This document shows, one piece after another, positions 38,518-53,662 of a stretch of DNA of 64,000 nt. The DNA is from Octopus vulgaris. Lineage: Eukaryota. The notes under the pieces were generated by a model. It was not told the DNA's origin. It searched no databases and worked only from the letters and a program-made list of their open reading frames with translations. Position numbers and translations under genes: made by a program. The DNA is taken from NCBI GenBank assembly GCA_951406725.2, contig OX597822.1, forward strand, positions 63,860,001 through 63,924,000. The letters run 5' to 3'. How positions within the stretch are numbered: the stretch's first letter is position 1; each line of letters opens with the position of its first letter.

Positions 38518-40109
38518 GCTAGAGATACACTGGGTGTAGTGTGATGGGAAGCTGGCCATTATACCTTAGGAGGTTGAACAACCATGTAGACGTTCCATCA
38601 GTGTGTGTACATGTGAGTGAGGAAAAGATGGTTTGACAAGTAAATTCAAAGTTGTTTTAAATGTAGAAATTTAAAGCAACTGAACAAATAAATACACAAT
38701 AGACAAAATAGCTAAGGGTTATAGAGAATTTTGCCTCGTTATTCCTGTCAGTTAAAATTAAAAAATGTCTATGTTCGTCAGAAGAAAATATATTGGCACT
38801 GCCAAAAGAATTTACTATGCGTGTATGTGAATGTCTGTGTGCGTATTGTGTGATATTCTATGTAAGTCTATACTCTTTTACGTGTTTCAGTCATGTGACT
38901 GTGGATATGCTGGAGCACCACTTTTAGTCGAGCAAATCGAACCCAGGACTTATTCTTTGTAAGCCTAGTACTTATTCTATCAGTCATTTTTGCCGAACTG
39001 CTAGGTTACGGGGACGTAAACACACCAGCATTTGTTGTCAAGCGATGTTGAGGGGACAAACACACACACACACATACATATATATGATAGGCTTCTTTCA
39101 GTTTCTTATTTCTTTACACACAGAGGGGACAAACAAGGACAAATGGATTTAGTTGATTATATCGACCCCAGTGCGTAACTGGTACTTATTTAATCAATCC
39201 CAAAAGGATGAAAGGCAAAGTCGACCTCGGTGGAATTTGAACTCAGAACGTAAAGACAGACGAAATGCCACTAAGCATTTTGCCTGGCATGCTAACACTT
39301 CTGCCAATTCGCCACTTCTTTCAGTTTCTGTCTATCAAATCCACTCATAAGGCTTTAATTGGCCCGAGGTTATAGTAGAAGACACTTGCCCAAGGTGCCA
39401 CACAGTGGGACTGAACCCGGAACCATGTGGTTGGTAAGCAAGTTACATACCACACAGTGACTCCTATGCATATATCTAAGTATTTAGAATCTACCACATC
39501 AGTATTTTCAATTTTTTTATTCTGAAATCAACTTAGAAGTATCAAAAATAATAATAAAAAAAGGCAAACAAGTAGATAGATAGGTACAGAGAGAGACAGA
39601 TATTTAGAGGAGGAGATAGTTGTATAGACTGAAAATGATTTAGGGAAGAAGATATAAAATCGTCTTTAACTGATTAAATTAAAAACCTTACTCTTTTACT
39701 TGTTTCAGTCATTTTGACTGCGGCCATGCTGGAGCACCACCTTTAGTCAAGCAAATCGACCCCAGGACTTATTCTTTGTAATCCTAGTACTTATTCTACC
39801 GGTCTCTTTTGCCGAACCGCTAAGTTACGGGGACGTAAACACACCAGCATCGGTTATCAAGCGATGTTGTAGGGGACAAACACAGACACATGCATACATA
39901 TATATGCATGCATGTATAAGACGGGCTTCTTTCAGTTTCCGTCTACCAAATTCACTCACAAGGCTTTGGTCAGCCCGAGACTATAGTAGAAGACACTTGT
40001 CCAAAGTGCCACACAGTAGGACTGAACCTGGAACCATGTGGTTGGTAAGCAAGCTACTTACCACACAGCCATTCCTGCGCCTTAATAAATAATATTAATA
40101 ATAATGATA

Positions 40110-40746
40110 ATGGTTTCAAATCTTAGTACAAGGCCAGCAAATTCTGAGGTGGGGGCAAGTCCATTTCATTGACCCCAGTGCCAAACTGGTACTTAGTTAA
40201 TCAACCCCCACCCCTACCAAAGGATGAAAGGCAAAGTCAACTTCAGTGGAATTTGAACTGAGAGTGCAGCAACAGACGAAATACTTCTAAGCATTTTGTC
40301 TGGTGTGCTAATCATTCTGCCAGCTTGCCGCCTTAAAAATAATAATAATAATTATGTTTTCTACTATAAGCACAAGGCCTGAAATTGGGGGAGAGGGGGA
40401 CAGTCGATAACATCGATCCAGTACGCAACTGGTACTTAATTTATCGACCCCGAAAGAATGAAAGGTAAAGTCGAGCCCAGCAGAATTTGAATTCAGAACG
40501 TAACACCGCTAAGAAATTCTAATTCTATCAGTCTCTCTTGCTGAACCGCTAAGTTACAGGGACGTAAACACACCAGCATCAGTTGTCAAGTGGTGGACTT
40601 CTTTCAGTTTCTGTCTACTAAATCCACTCACAAGGCTTTGGTCAGCCTGAGGCTATAGTAGAAGACACTTGCCCAAGATGCCACGCAGTGGGACTGAATC
40701 CAGAACCATGTGGTTGGTAAGGAAGCTACTTACCACACAGCCACTC

Positions 40747-40785
<39 letters not shown>

Positions 40786-40879
40786 TTCAAATTTTGGTAC
40801 AAAGCTGACCTCAGTATTCTACTAGTGTTTATTTCATCGAACCTGAAAGGATCAAAGGGAATGTTGACCTCAGTGGAGA

Positions 40880-40933
<54 letters not shown>

Positions 40934-41241
40934 CCTTCTCCTATAGGTAGAAGGTCTGAAATTTGGGGCCAGGGGACTAGTTGATTTCATTGAACCCAGT
41001 GTTTAAATTAGTATCTAACTTATTCTTTTCTACACTAGGCAGAAGGCCTGAAATTTTGGGGGAGAGGGGTCCAGTTGATTACATTGATCTCAGTACGCAA
41101 CTGGTACTTAATTTATCGACCTCAAAAGGATAAAAGGCAAAGTCAACCTCAGTAGATTTTGAACTCAGAACGTAGTGATGGGCAAAATACTGCTAAGCAT
41201 TTCGTCCAGCATGCTAACGATTCTGCCAGATTACCGCCTTC

Positions 41242-41274
<33 letters not shown>

Positions 41275-41815
41275 GTAATAATGATGATGACAATAATGAT
41301 AACAATATTCTTTCTACTATAAGCAGAAGGCCTGAAATTCTAGGATAGGGGCTAATTAACTGCATCAACCCCAATGCACAACTGGTACTTATTTTATTGA
41401 TTCTGAAAGAATGAAAGGCAAAGTCAACCTCAGCCGAATTTGAACTCAGAACCTAGTGCGTAATTGGTACTTATTTCACCACCCCCCCCGCCCCAAGGTG
41501 AAAGGCAAAGTCGACCTCGGTGGAATCTGAACTCAGAACATAACAGCAGATGAAATACCGCTAAGCATTTCGCCTGGCATGCTAACGATTCTGCCAGTTC
41601 GCCGCCTAACAATAATAATAATAATCCTTTCTACTATAGGCACAAAGCCTGTAATTTTGTGGGAAGGGGACAGTCAATTACTTTGAGCCCAGTGCTCAGC
41701 TGGTACTTTATTTTATCAACCCTGAAAGACAAAAGACGACCATGGTAGAATTATGAAATGCTGCTAAGCATTTTTGTCCAATGTACCAACAATTCTGTCA
41801 GCTTGCTGCCTCAAT
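40110..41815 (-). mobile_element. Array of at least 7 full or partial SINE family B copies (plus one family A fragment) in (AAT)n runs
   Basis: The same unit is repeated head-to-tail, bounded by (AAT)n. Confidence 0.8.
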
Positions 41816-41816
41816 G

Positions 41817-41857
<41 letters not shown>

Positions 41858-42296
41858 GCATCTTTGCCAAAAAAGACCAAAATCATGCTGCAACTGAAAG
41901 AGCTCCATAGAGACAGGCACAGTACTAGTAAATCACTCAAATCAGATTTAAAGAAAGCAGAAACACAGGGACAAAATCACTAACTATATATATGCACACA
42001 CACACACACATATATATACATAAGCACACATACGTACACATGAATGTTCGATTGTGAGTCTTACCAACAGAAAGAAAAACAAAAAACAAACAAACAAGCA
42101 CTCAACTATAGAAAAATAGCAACAGCATATAATACGGTTTAATGAAGGTTAGCTTCACTTGAAACCCAGTCATATACATTGTCTTTTTTTTTTTATTATC
42201 AAATGATCGTCAGTAATATATACATATATACATGTGTGTGTGTATGTGTGTATATGAAACATAACTGGATTTTTATATAGTCGAAACTATGTCCAT

Positions 42297-42334
<38 letters not shown>

Positions 42335-43106
42335 TACATACAAATATACATACACTTACATATATGTGTGTGTATGCATGCTTGTTTACATGTGTGCGAG
42401 ATATTCTAGCACCTACACCATGTTAAAAACTGTTATTAAACCTGGAAGCTGGTCTGCATGTATGTATGAATTTTATATGTAACTTAGAAGTATCTGAGTG
42501 TACCTAAGTTTTCACTGGTTTCCATAAATACTTGAAGGTTATCTAATAATTGCACAATAATCCTGACAACCACAGTATGTGTATTATGCAATAAACGCAG
42601 AGAAACTAAACTAGTTTGCACTTGACACTTGATATAGGCTAAAGGTAAGCAGTCAGTGCAATGCAGTTTTGCTGGAGAACAAAGTACTCTGCTGAGAGAA
42701 AAGAAAAAAAAAAAAAAAGCTAATTCAAAATGAATGGTACAAAAATGAAAACATACCTGTGAGTGCAGTAATAAATATATTGCAAAAATATTTCCTTTTT
42801 GTACCATTCATTTCGAATATATTTATATGCATCCTTCAATAATTCATACTTCCTGAAATTTGCTAACACTACTAACAAGCCTATGTACCCTTGTCTTTTG
42901 TGTTTTATCTTGTGTACTATGGAAGTATTTTTGCTCTCACAGGTATTTTTATTTACTTTGAGTTATTTCTACTTTCTGCCCCCACCACTTTTTTTTTACC
43001 TGACCTGATCAGTTGCATTGTATACAATAAGCTCATTAATATATATGTATATGTGTGTATAGCCATTACACACATTTTTTTTCTCTCCTTGTTTCCTTTT
43101 GTGTTC

Positions 43107-43142
43107 CTTTCTGTGGAAGAGTGTAGGCTCGAAACATTAAAG
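43107..43142 (+). ncRNA. Degenerate minimal hammerhead-like motif
   Basis: cttt-CTGTGGA-a-gag[tgtagg]ctc-GAAA-catt-aaag; the core has A6 to U and G16.2 to A changes. Confidence 0.45.
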
Positions 43143-46100
43143 ACTTTTTCAATTCCTGAGTGTTATACTAATACATCTGTTTGTTTGCTACACCACCTGT
43201 CTTCGTCTTTTGTTTTTTCGTGAATTCTCCCTATATCATCATTCATTTAGCGTCCGTTTTCCATGCTAGCATGGGTTGGACGGTTCAACTGGGGTCTGGG
43301 GAGCCCGAAGGCTGCACCAGGCCAGTCAGATCTGGCAGTGTTTCTACAGCTGGATGCCCTTCCTAACGCCAACCACTCCGAGAGTGTAGTGGGTGATTTT
43401 ATGTGCCTCTGACACAGGTGCCAGACGAGGCTGGCGAATGGTTTTCTTGTGTGCCACCGGCATATATATATATAACTAAAATAATTACACCGTAGAAGAT
43501 ATGTATAAGCCATTCAAAAATGCACAAAATTTGTTAACTTCCCTTAAACATTTATTATTTGGTGTCAAAATTTTCTACGACACCACATCTTTTTATATAA
43601 TCATATTATTAATAGATATTATAGACTACTCTAAAGCCCATAAAAGGAATAAATAAAACAAAAGTAGCACAGAAAATAACATTAACTCTCAGACTTAGCC
43701 CTAATATGAGAAATTCAGAATCCAGGAAACTACAAAATGTTAAATAATTAATTTGAAATGAGAACCAAACAAGAAGATAGCGAAAGTAGTGGGAATAGTA
43801 TTCTTAATTGAGTAGAAACAAAAGATAACAATAAAACTTCAGACCTATATGAGTGCAAATCAACTTAATAAGGTAATGTTTTAAAATGTAACTGTAGAAT
43901 TACTTGCAATTGTCCCCTAGAGGTAACTCCTTGGTATGCAACGTAGTCAACAAAGGGAGTGTCATTATGGCAAAGGATACCCATCATTACATAGGATCTA
44001 TCTTAAATGGCATTACAACTTATATACACACAGCTTCAGGAATGAGAAACGATGTATTTCAACTTGACAAGCTAAATACATCTTTAACTTTAATTCTTCA
44101 AATACAAAATATGAAGTACTCCAGTTTATAACAAGAGCCCCTACATATGCTGGAAACAAGACAGAATGTACTTTATGCTTTCCAGAAGCACTGCATTATT
44201 TTACTAGCTAACAATAAATTACTTTTTCTCTTGCAACACAAAATTTTAAAGCCATTTAAATTTTATAAAAGCAATTTTCTATACTGTTTAGATAGTAAAT
44301 AATAGTTGAACATATACTATCAGTTAACTCAAAGTAACTATATAATATAGAAATAGAAACATTTCAAATAATAGCAGTGTAAAATTACTTCATATAAAAC
44401 AATACATAAACCTGTAAATTTCTTTTAGTATTCTATATATATACATGCACACTTATCTTTTTAACCAGACTAATATATGACCATGAATACACAAATTATT
44501 TGTTCTTTTAATTTTATTTAAAATTCTGAGATTCTGAAATGACTATCTCATAGTCTCAGATTTTTTGGGGTTTTTTTTTTGTTTTTACTGAAGCCAGGTA
44601 CATGTGTATGTGATTCTCTTGTATGAAGTGATGCATATGATATGAACTGAATGCATATGCATATAGATGCTTATTTGAACTTAAACTACCTCATTACCTT
44701 CCATATATATGTATACTTAAATGTACGGATATATTAACATAGGTGTGGGTAGGTGTAAATAAACAGTCCTATGTTGCTAACAGTATATGGAAATATGTGT
44801 GTTTGTGTCTATGACTGACTAGGTAGACTTAGTATGGCTATTTCTTGCTAACCTATTCCATCTTGCTACCACAATTGCTTTCTAAACCATTTATCATTGT
44901 TATCATTCTTTGATCAAAGACAGCTCAGGTAGCTGACCTTCCTTTTTTCTTTAGACATCCTGACAACAGTTATACCTCTTCCTTCTTTCTTTCCAGCTTT
45001 ATTTTACTGATTAAATAAAAAAAAGAAAGAAAAGAAACAGCTTTCCTTTCCTTCACTGCTATATAAAGAATGTTCTCTCAAGTTTATGCACAGTTTTAAC
45101 TTAATGCTGTCAACCAACTGATGTTGATAAATATCAATGGATTAAATTACTATTTTCTTCTGAAGATCTGGTACTTCAATGTGATTATGTAATCATCCAC
45201 ATAACAATCGCTGCATAGCATACTAGTTTTCACTAGTGAAATAGGTGTAAAGATTATGTAACTTATGGTGTTACAATAAAAAGATAAATTTTGCTCTTGT
45301 GTAATGTATTTGCATAGTGTGAAGGGAAATGTCTGTGTGTGTGTGTGTGTATACATATAGTTATTATGAAGTTTGCTCATGTCAGCTTGGACCACTGGTG
45401 AAAGTTGGTAGCAACATACAAACACACACGCACATGCACACACCCACATACCGGTATATACACAAAAAATACAAGCACACTTACATACACACACAAATTA
45501 AACGAAAGAAGCAGTAGTGTTATTAATATCAATACATTTGGCACTTTCTTTTTTTTTTTTGAAAATCTGAGAAAAACACCTAAGCAGCAGCAGCAGCAGT
45601 AGTAGCAGCAGAGTGAAAAAATGAAGACAAAAGAAAAACAAAAAAAAATAATAAAACAACTTTAGGCAGAGGTGAAAGGGGGGAGGGGTAAGACAACAAA
45701 CAACCAGGGCAATTGTGTTCATAGCAAAGGTGGTAGTAAGAAGACAGGGATAGTGGTGAAGGTAGTGGAGGCAGCAGTGGTGAGCAGTGAATGAAGAGCC
45801 AGACAGGACAGACAATCAGACACACGGACAGACAGATAGATAGACAGACAGAGAGAAAAGAGTGTATGTATTACCTTTGTGGCCCACTAACAGACTTTCC
45901 CCCAAAAGTGTCAACAACACAAGAAATACAGTTTGGATGAAGAAGAATTTCAAATTTTCAGTTGACATATTATTTTTTTTTCTCTCCTTTCCTTTCGACA
46001 CTGGCTAGCAGACAAGATCTTCATCACAGAATGAAAATGGCAGCAGTAGAAAGCATCCGGGTACCACTTGCCACAACAATAAATATTAAGATTTGGTATG

Positions 46101-49002
46101 TCTTATTTCCTTCCAAGCTTTATAAAATTTCCCTTCCTTACTCTTTCCATTAAATATATATATATATATGTTTATTTATTAAATTGAGTACTTTTATGAT
46201 CAAAGTGAAAGCTTATTAAAGTTGCAATATTCATGTATATTCATGTCTACTACACTGATAAAACAAAGAATTGGTTATTTATTAACTGTAGCATGTTATC
46301 TTTCTCTCATCCATACCAATTCAATCTAATATAGATTGTTATGCACCTGGAGTGGAGCTTTTCATGCTATTTTATTCTGCTGTAAATTTGAATTAAAAAA
46401 GAATTCTATAATTGTTTTACATCTATCTTACTAGGTTATCACAAACTATAATTATTGTTTTATATATATTTTATTTCTTTTCTATCAGTGGGTCTTTTTC
46501 TGAATGTTAAACAATTTAGTTATTAAATGGAGAAACTTAAATCTATTTTGTCAGTAACCTCTCAGCTAAATGGCTATAGTAATAAGGTTTGACCAACTGA
46601 CCATGTATGAGATTAAGCTGTTCAACTGGCACTCACGAAAACCTTATGTTTGGTCCCTCAGTGTAGAGTTTTGAGTGAGTGTCTTCTAACATAACTCCAG
46701 GTTGACCCAAGTTTTATGAATGAAACTGGGTTCACAGAAACAGTGTTAAAAATTGCCAGATAAATTACATTTATAATTAATTCAAAGGGCCAGACTTGTC
46801 CCACTATATCATGTTGATTCTGCTTGGTTAATATTTTAAGGGGTACATACACTTACATACTAACACAATGAGTAGGATATTTAATTAAACAACTGAAACA
46901 CCCACTGTCCCAACAGATGTAGGGGGCATTTATTTGTTCTCTTACCATACTACCTCACAGGTAAATATTCATTTATTATGAAATAAGGGGAATTTATTTT
47001 TTAAAATAAATGACCCAGGTAATAGAATAGTGTGGAAGATCATTATACTGGAATTATAAGTTCATTGAAGTACATCCACTTTGAATTCATAGCATGGGTG
47101 GCTGCCCTAATTATTTATAAAAATAGGATGTCCGCTGGTGACTACAGGCAGCTGATTTCACTGGTTCAGTCAGACAAAATGAGAGAAGAGGCATTTAACA
47201 GCAGAAATGATAAGGTCCTGAACTCATAAGTATGTGTTCAGTAGTTTGGCACTTGTCTTTGAGCTCCTATATTCTAATAGTTACTATTCTTGAAGTCATC
47301 ACCATCATCATTTAACATCCATGTTCCAAGCAGGCATGGGTTGGATGGTTTGACATGATTTTATGGGTCCAAGGTTTGCATCATGCTCCAATGTCTGCTT
47401 TGGTATGGTTTCTATGGCTGGATACCCTTCCTAACAGAGGGTGCTTTTTGCATGCTACTGGCACCAACAAGATTGGCATGCAGCTCATAAGACTATGAAA
47501 CCAGAGAGAGGGAGTTGGTTTGATGCTAGGAGATGAAGCATTTGACAATGAATTATCTGAAAGACCAGATTTTCTTTTTTTTGTGACTGCATCAAAAACA
47601 ATAAGTCTATGATTCTGTCTCATTTCATTTTCTTGGGATCGGACTTGTTATTCTTACAAACTGATTTCTACTAATATATATATATTCAAAACATAAAATC
47701 ACAGTTTTATAAAGAGAGGTCTTGTTGTTGAATTCATTGAGTCAAGATTATATCACAGGTAGATTGTCAATTCCTTAAAGAATTGAAAAGCAAAAACCAA
47801 CTTTGAGACTGTGGTTTGAACTTAAAAGTAACACTGATAACACTAAATAAAGAAGACCATTTATTCCAATACTCTCATCATTTCAGCAAATTTGCTTCCA
47901 TATAATTATAATGATGATGATTTCTTAAACCCTTTTGATAGAAGTCCACCTGAAACTGATCTGAATGTATAATATACTAACAATCTGATCTTCCATCAAA
48001 TTTTCATAATGATTTATGTTACAAACACCAGCTAAATAATGAGTAAGTTATTTTAATAAATTCTTTATTATTTTCGAAATTAATTGAAACAAAAACTGTT
48101 TATTTCAACAGAAAAATGGTAACAAAAGGTTTAATAATCAAAAAGATTTCACATAAAATTGATTGTCCAATGGTATCCATTAAGAAAATCTTTTAAGAAA
48201 CAAAACCTATTTTACAGTAAATTATTATTTCCAATAATTGGTAATAGCTATAGGTGTATATAGCTGTATATAGGTGTATATAGATGATGGTAACAACAAC
48301 AATAATAATATTGATGTTGAACTTTACTTATTTGCTTTTACCATGCTAATGTGATTCTAGTTTATTGATACAGAAAATAGATTTTGACCCTTTAGCATTT
48401 AAACTGGCCAAATCTGGCCCAAATATTCGACCTGTTTTATGTTCAAACCAGCCAGATCTGGTATTTCACATCTACACTATGATGCCATTCTAAAATAAAC
48501 AATAGCATCATCGAAATCTCAAGGCTACAAAAACATCGCAGGATAAATTTAAACCAACTGTCAATAAATAATGATTATATTTGGTAGAGAAATCTGAATG
48601 CTAAAGAGTTAAACATCAAACTAGCCTTATGTAAAAGCCTGCTATGCCGACATTTTCATTTTGGATGAAGACTTGTGCCAATCAGACGAAAGAGAGGGTC
48701 TGCCAACAAACTCAAAAGTTAAGAAGCAATATATCTTGAAAATACAGTCACAGAAATATAGTTATAGCAGCAGAGCATGAAAGAAAATTTACATGAGAAT
48801 TTCTTTTTTTAAAATTATTATTTTTCAAAGAAGAATATTATCATTGTTGAAAAACAATCAATTTACTGTTCAATCAAGGAATAGAAGGAATCATAGAAAG
48901 TCAACAGCAAAAAAGTTGTAATAAAAAGCAGCAACAAAAAATATCAAAGAACTTAATAAAGCAATATATGTATATATGCATGTATATATTTATAGAGGTA
49001 TG

Positions 49003-49062
<60 letters not shown>

Positions 49063-49289
49063 GTATGTGTATATATATATTTCTATGCATGTATATATTT
49101 ATAGAGGTATGTATATATATATATGCATATATACATGTGTATATGTGTGTGTAAGTGAATATATATATATATGTAAACTGAAAAAATATCCCTGACAATG
49201 GAAACTAATTTGTGTGATATGACTAGAAATTGACATTTTTTTTTTTTAGTGTCAGCCACTCAGGTACTATATGTATATAAATATAAATT

Positions 49290-49421
49290 AAAATCCAGAA
49301 AATGGGGAAGTAGCATTAATATAATTTATTAACTGCATAATCGAAACAGCTGTAAGTGAAAATGTTGAAATTTTTCAGTTAATAAATCATATGAACACTA
49401 TTTCACCATTTTCTGGATTTT
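49290..49421. repeat. Imperfect inverted repeat (46-bp arms) with GAAACAGCTGTA in the loop
   Basis: aaaatccagaaaatgg...tttattaactg / cagttaataaa...ccattttctggatttt. Confidence 0.75.
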
Positions 49422-49702
49422 ACTTTGAATATTTATGATCCAAGATTTATACTTAAACCTATTATTTCAAGAATATTACTATTCACAACAAAATAATAGG
49501 TAACAAAACCAGTAATTCATGGGATATTTTTTATCCCTAGAGGTGGTTATTTTAACCTCTATATATATATATATATATATATTAAAGTACTGGGTGGATC
49601 GGAAGGGGATATTCAGCACTGACAATTTATCATGCCACCCCAAAGAAAGCAGTCATGAAAGTGACAGTTTATGAGTATGTATAGTTTTGTCCATCATGAG
49701 TC

Positions 49703-49735
<33 letters not shown>

Positions 49736-50521
49736 ATGTACAGTTGTGTGTGTGTGTGTGTGTGGTGTTGTGTAAAATACTGAAGATTTGCTTTGAAAGA
49801 ATAACAAAGTTTCACTCACACAAATCTAATGTTTTACAGCAAAAGATTCCAAGACATTTAAATGAATTCTTAGTGGAATAACGATGCCTAGTACAATACC
49901 AATAATACTGAATGTACTATTGCTAGACTATAAGTATGACCAGCAACATATAAAGTTGGTGTAACTGTCATACAGTCATAATGATATTAGCAGATGTGTG
50001 ACTGATGTGCGAAGATGAGAAATCTATACAACGATAATAGAGACTTCATGGCTACACATTTCTTGATATCAATTGGCATAGATGATGATGTATGCTGATG
50101 TTGACGACAATGATGATGATGATAATGATGATATGGCAGTGGTAGTGATGGTGAGGAAATTTTAGAATTGATACTATAATATGATATGTATGATGATGAT
50201 GATGATGATAATACTAATAAATTGTTTAGCAGCCATAATATTAAACTTCAATAGAAGTGAGAGAAATTTAATTGATATGAAATAGAATCTCAATAGTAGT
50301 AGTAGTAGTAGTAGTAGTAATATTTCTCTTATAGGCATAAGGCCTGAAATTTTGTGGGAGGGGACTGGTCAATTATATTGACCCCAGGAGGAAGAAAGGC
50401 AAAGTCAACCTTGGTGGAATTTGAACACAGAATATACAGCTGGAAGAAAGGCTGCAAAGCATTTTGCCTGGTGTGCTAACAATTCTGTCAGCTTGCCACC
50501 TTAATAATAACAACAATAATA

Positions 50522-50560
<39 letters not shown>

Positions 50561-51389
50561 GCTGCTATGTAATATGAAATAATAGAATAAAGGTGAAAAT
50601 GAAAAAAAAAAAGAGCAAAACTGAATGGGAACGAAATGGAGGATTAAAAGCTGGATAGTAAAAATGAAACAATGCAGGATACTTAACGATAATGAAATGA
50701 TATATGAACAGTGACAAAATACAAGTGATATCAAAAAGAACATACTGAGATAAACCAGTCATCAATAACAGTATACCATACAATAAAACTGGTTATCAAT
50801 AACAGTATATTGTATAGTAACAAAAACCAATAGCAATGAAAGAGAGCGAATTGTAGAAAACTTCAACGTCATATTGCACATGTGATAAACTGGGTGATAT
50901 TAAATGAAGAAGGATCACAATGTAGACGATATCATTCATGATGATACTAGGACCAACACGGGTATTGTTGATATTAGTATTAAAATGATAATGATATCGA
51001 CGATAATGACAAAAAATAAAACACATAGTAGTGTGATATGATGAATATGGCATAATGACAAACAGATACCATAGATTATCATGGTATATTTTTTTTATAT
51101 TTAATTTTTTTTTAATGCACTGCTTTTTGTAGGGACAAAAAGCAGTTATGATATGTTGTGATACAGTGAGAGTGATGATGGTGATGATGATGATGATGAT
51201 GATAAAGCGATATCAGTGAAAGAATGGCAAGGAACTGATATTAGTGATGGCATGCAAGATTACATTGGTATTGAGAAGGAGACGAATAGATCAGTGGTAA
51301 TCAAATGAAAGGAAATGAAACGGCAGTGAGAAAATAAAAGAGTCAGGTGTGTGTGTGTGTGTGTGAGAGATGGAGGGAATAATGTGAGA

Positions 51390-51455
<66 letters not shown>

Positions 51456-51657
51456 AAGGTGGTGGCTGCTATTACGTTTTACCTTAGCAATGGATATGTG
51501 TGTGTATGTGTGTGTGCATGAAAGGAAGTGAGAGATGGAGAGAGAAAGAGAGTATGTGTGTTTAAATGTGTGTAGATATTTATAAATGCATACATAAAGA
51601 TGACTGTACAAATATATGTTCACAGGTATGCCCATATATACATACACACACACAGAC

Positions 51658-51699
<42 letters not shown>

Positions 51700-51704
51700 C
51701 ATTT

Positions 51705-51748
<44 letters not shown>

Positions 51749-51838
51749 TATAGATATATATATAAACACACACACACATAAATATGTATAAAAATAGATT
51801 TATAATTATATGCATGTGTTTGTATGTATGTGCGTGTG

Positions 51839-51875
<37 letters not shown>

Positions 51876-52491
51876 ATAAACATATATACATGTGTGTATA
51901 CATATATAAATATATAAAAAGACACGCATATGTAAATATAAATGTATATGTGGGCATTTGTGCGCGTGTTTGTGTATGAATTATTTTGTGTATTTGTGGA
52001 AACCAGGAATCTAGTGAGAATTGCAGTGGAGTGAAAGTGAAAGTGGGGGGTAAGTGGGTGGGGCAGAAAGCAAAGAGAAGTTTTGTTCTTTTCTTTTTTT
52101 TTGAAGAGAGAAACTGAAGGAAAAGGGGTTAATAGCAAAAGTGCAGTAGAGAAGACAATGGTAATAATTAACTGAAGGTCTGCTGCACCGACAGAAGATG
52201 TCACCGCTGTGGTTCTTCCCCTAGACGTTGGTGGGGGTGTGACCGGGTTATGATGTTGTTGTGTAGTAAGAGGAAGGAATAGGATTGTTGTTGACAATGT
52301 GTGTGTGTGTGTGTGTGGTAGGGGATGTGGTGGTAGTGATGATGATTGTGATGGTGGTGGTGGTTAGGTAATGGTTGTAACCATAGTGATTATGCCAAAA
52401 GCTACAAACAGGCAGCTTCTGCTTGCTTTAGAATGAAGAAAAAAAAGGGAAAGATAATGCTATGTGTAGTGTGAATGGTTATAGAAGGAGG

Positions 52492-52523
<32 letters not shown>

Positions 52524-53050
52524 GGTGGGGGTGGGCAGGCACTGATGATGGTGATGATAACGATGATCATTATCATGATGGCAATGATGATGATGATGAT
52601 AATGAAGATGATCAGGATATTAACAATGCTGATGGTGATGATGGTGATGCGACAGACTGGATCCCAGAGAATCCAATATTAATATAAAAAAAAAAATACA
52701 TAAAAGAATGAACGATAACTATAAAAAAAAATAATAAAGTTATGTAAATGTAATGAAAAAAAAAACGGTGGGGGAGTCCCCCCCTTCCACTCCACTTCCT
52801 TAGAAAATTGGCTAGGGCTCAAGAAATATAAACAAATATGGCTGGGTTTATGATTAAATTAAAAGGGTGGTTGTGGTGGGTGGTGATGGTGGTGGCACAT
52901 TGCTCGTGTGTGCAGTGTTTTAGCTATTGTTGTTGTTGTTTCAAGAATTTTGTGTTCTGTTTGTACAAATATATGTAATACATGTCACAAACAACTTCAC
53001 TGCTCAATTCACAGTGTATGTGTATACGTATACATATGTAGGTATGTACA

Positions 53051-53082
<32 letters not shown>

Positions 53083-53087
<5 letters not shown>

Positions 53088-53127
53088 ATTACATATATTT
53101 ACACATATAAAATATATATATAAATGC

Positions 53128-53166
<39 letters not shown>

Positions 53167-53273
53167 TACATATATTTACACATATAAAATATATATATAA
53201 ATGCATAATATATATATATATATATATATATAAATTACATATATTTACACATATAAAATATATATATAAATGC

Positions 53274-53310
<37 letters not shown>
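53083..53310. repeat. AT-rich minisatellite (3 copies here, a further degenerate copy near 53490)
   Basis: Unit tataaattacatatatttacacatataaaatatatatataaatgcataa(ta)n. Confidence 0.85.
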
Positions 53311-53450
53311 ACAAATGTTATTATAAATCTATCTATCTATCTATCTATCAATATTATATAATATCTATATATACGTGTACACATAATACATATCGCAAAC
53401 CACTTTACTGCTCAATGCACAGTGTATGTGTGTACGCATACATATGTATG

Positions 53451-53487
<37 letters not shown>

Positions 53488-53546
53488 ATAAATTACATAT
53501 ATTTACACACACATATATATAATATATAAATATATATATAAATGCA

Positions 53547-53586
<40 letters not shown>

Positions 53587-53614
53587 ACATGTATATAAAA
53601 AACTCTGCATGTAA

Positions 53615-53662
<48 letters not shown>

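Noticed and set aside
52170-52365. Pro/Thr-rich reading frame (QQHHNPVTPPPTSRGRTTAVTSS) as a linker exon
   Set aside because: There is a stop at 52364-52366, no good phase-1 acceptor, and only weak donors.
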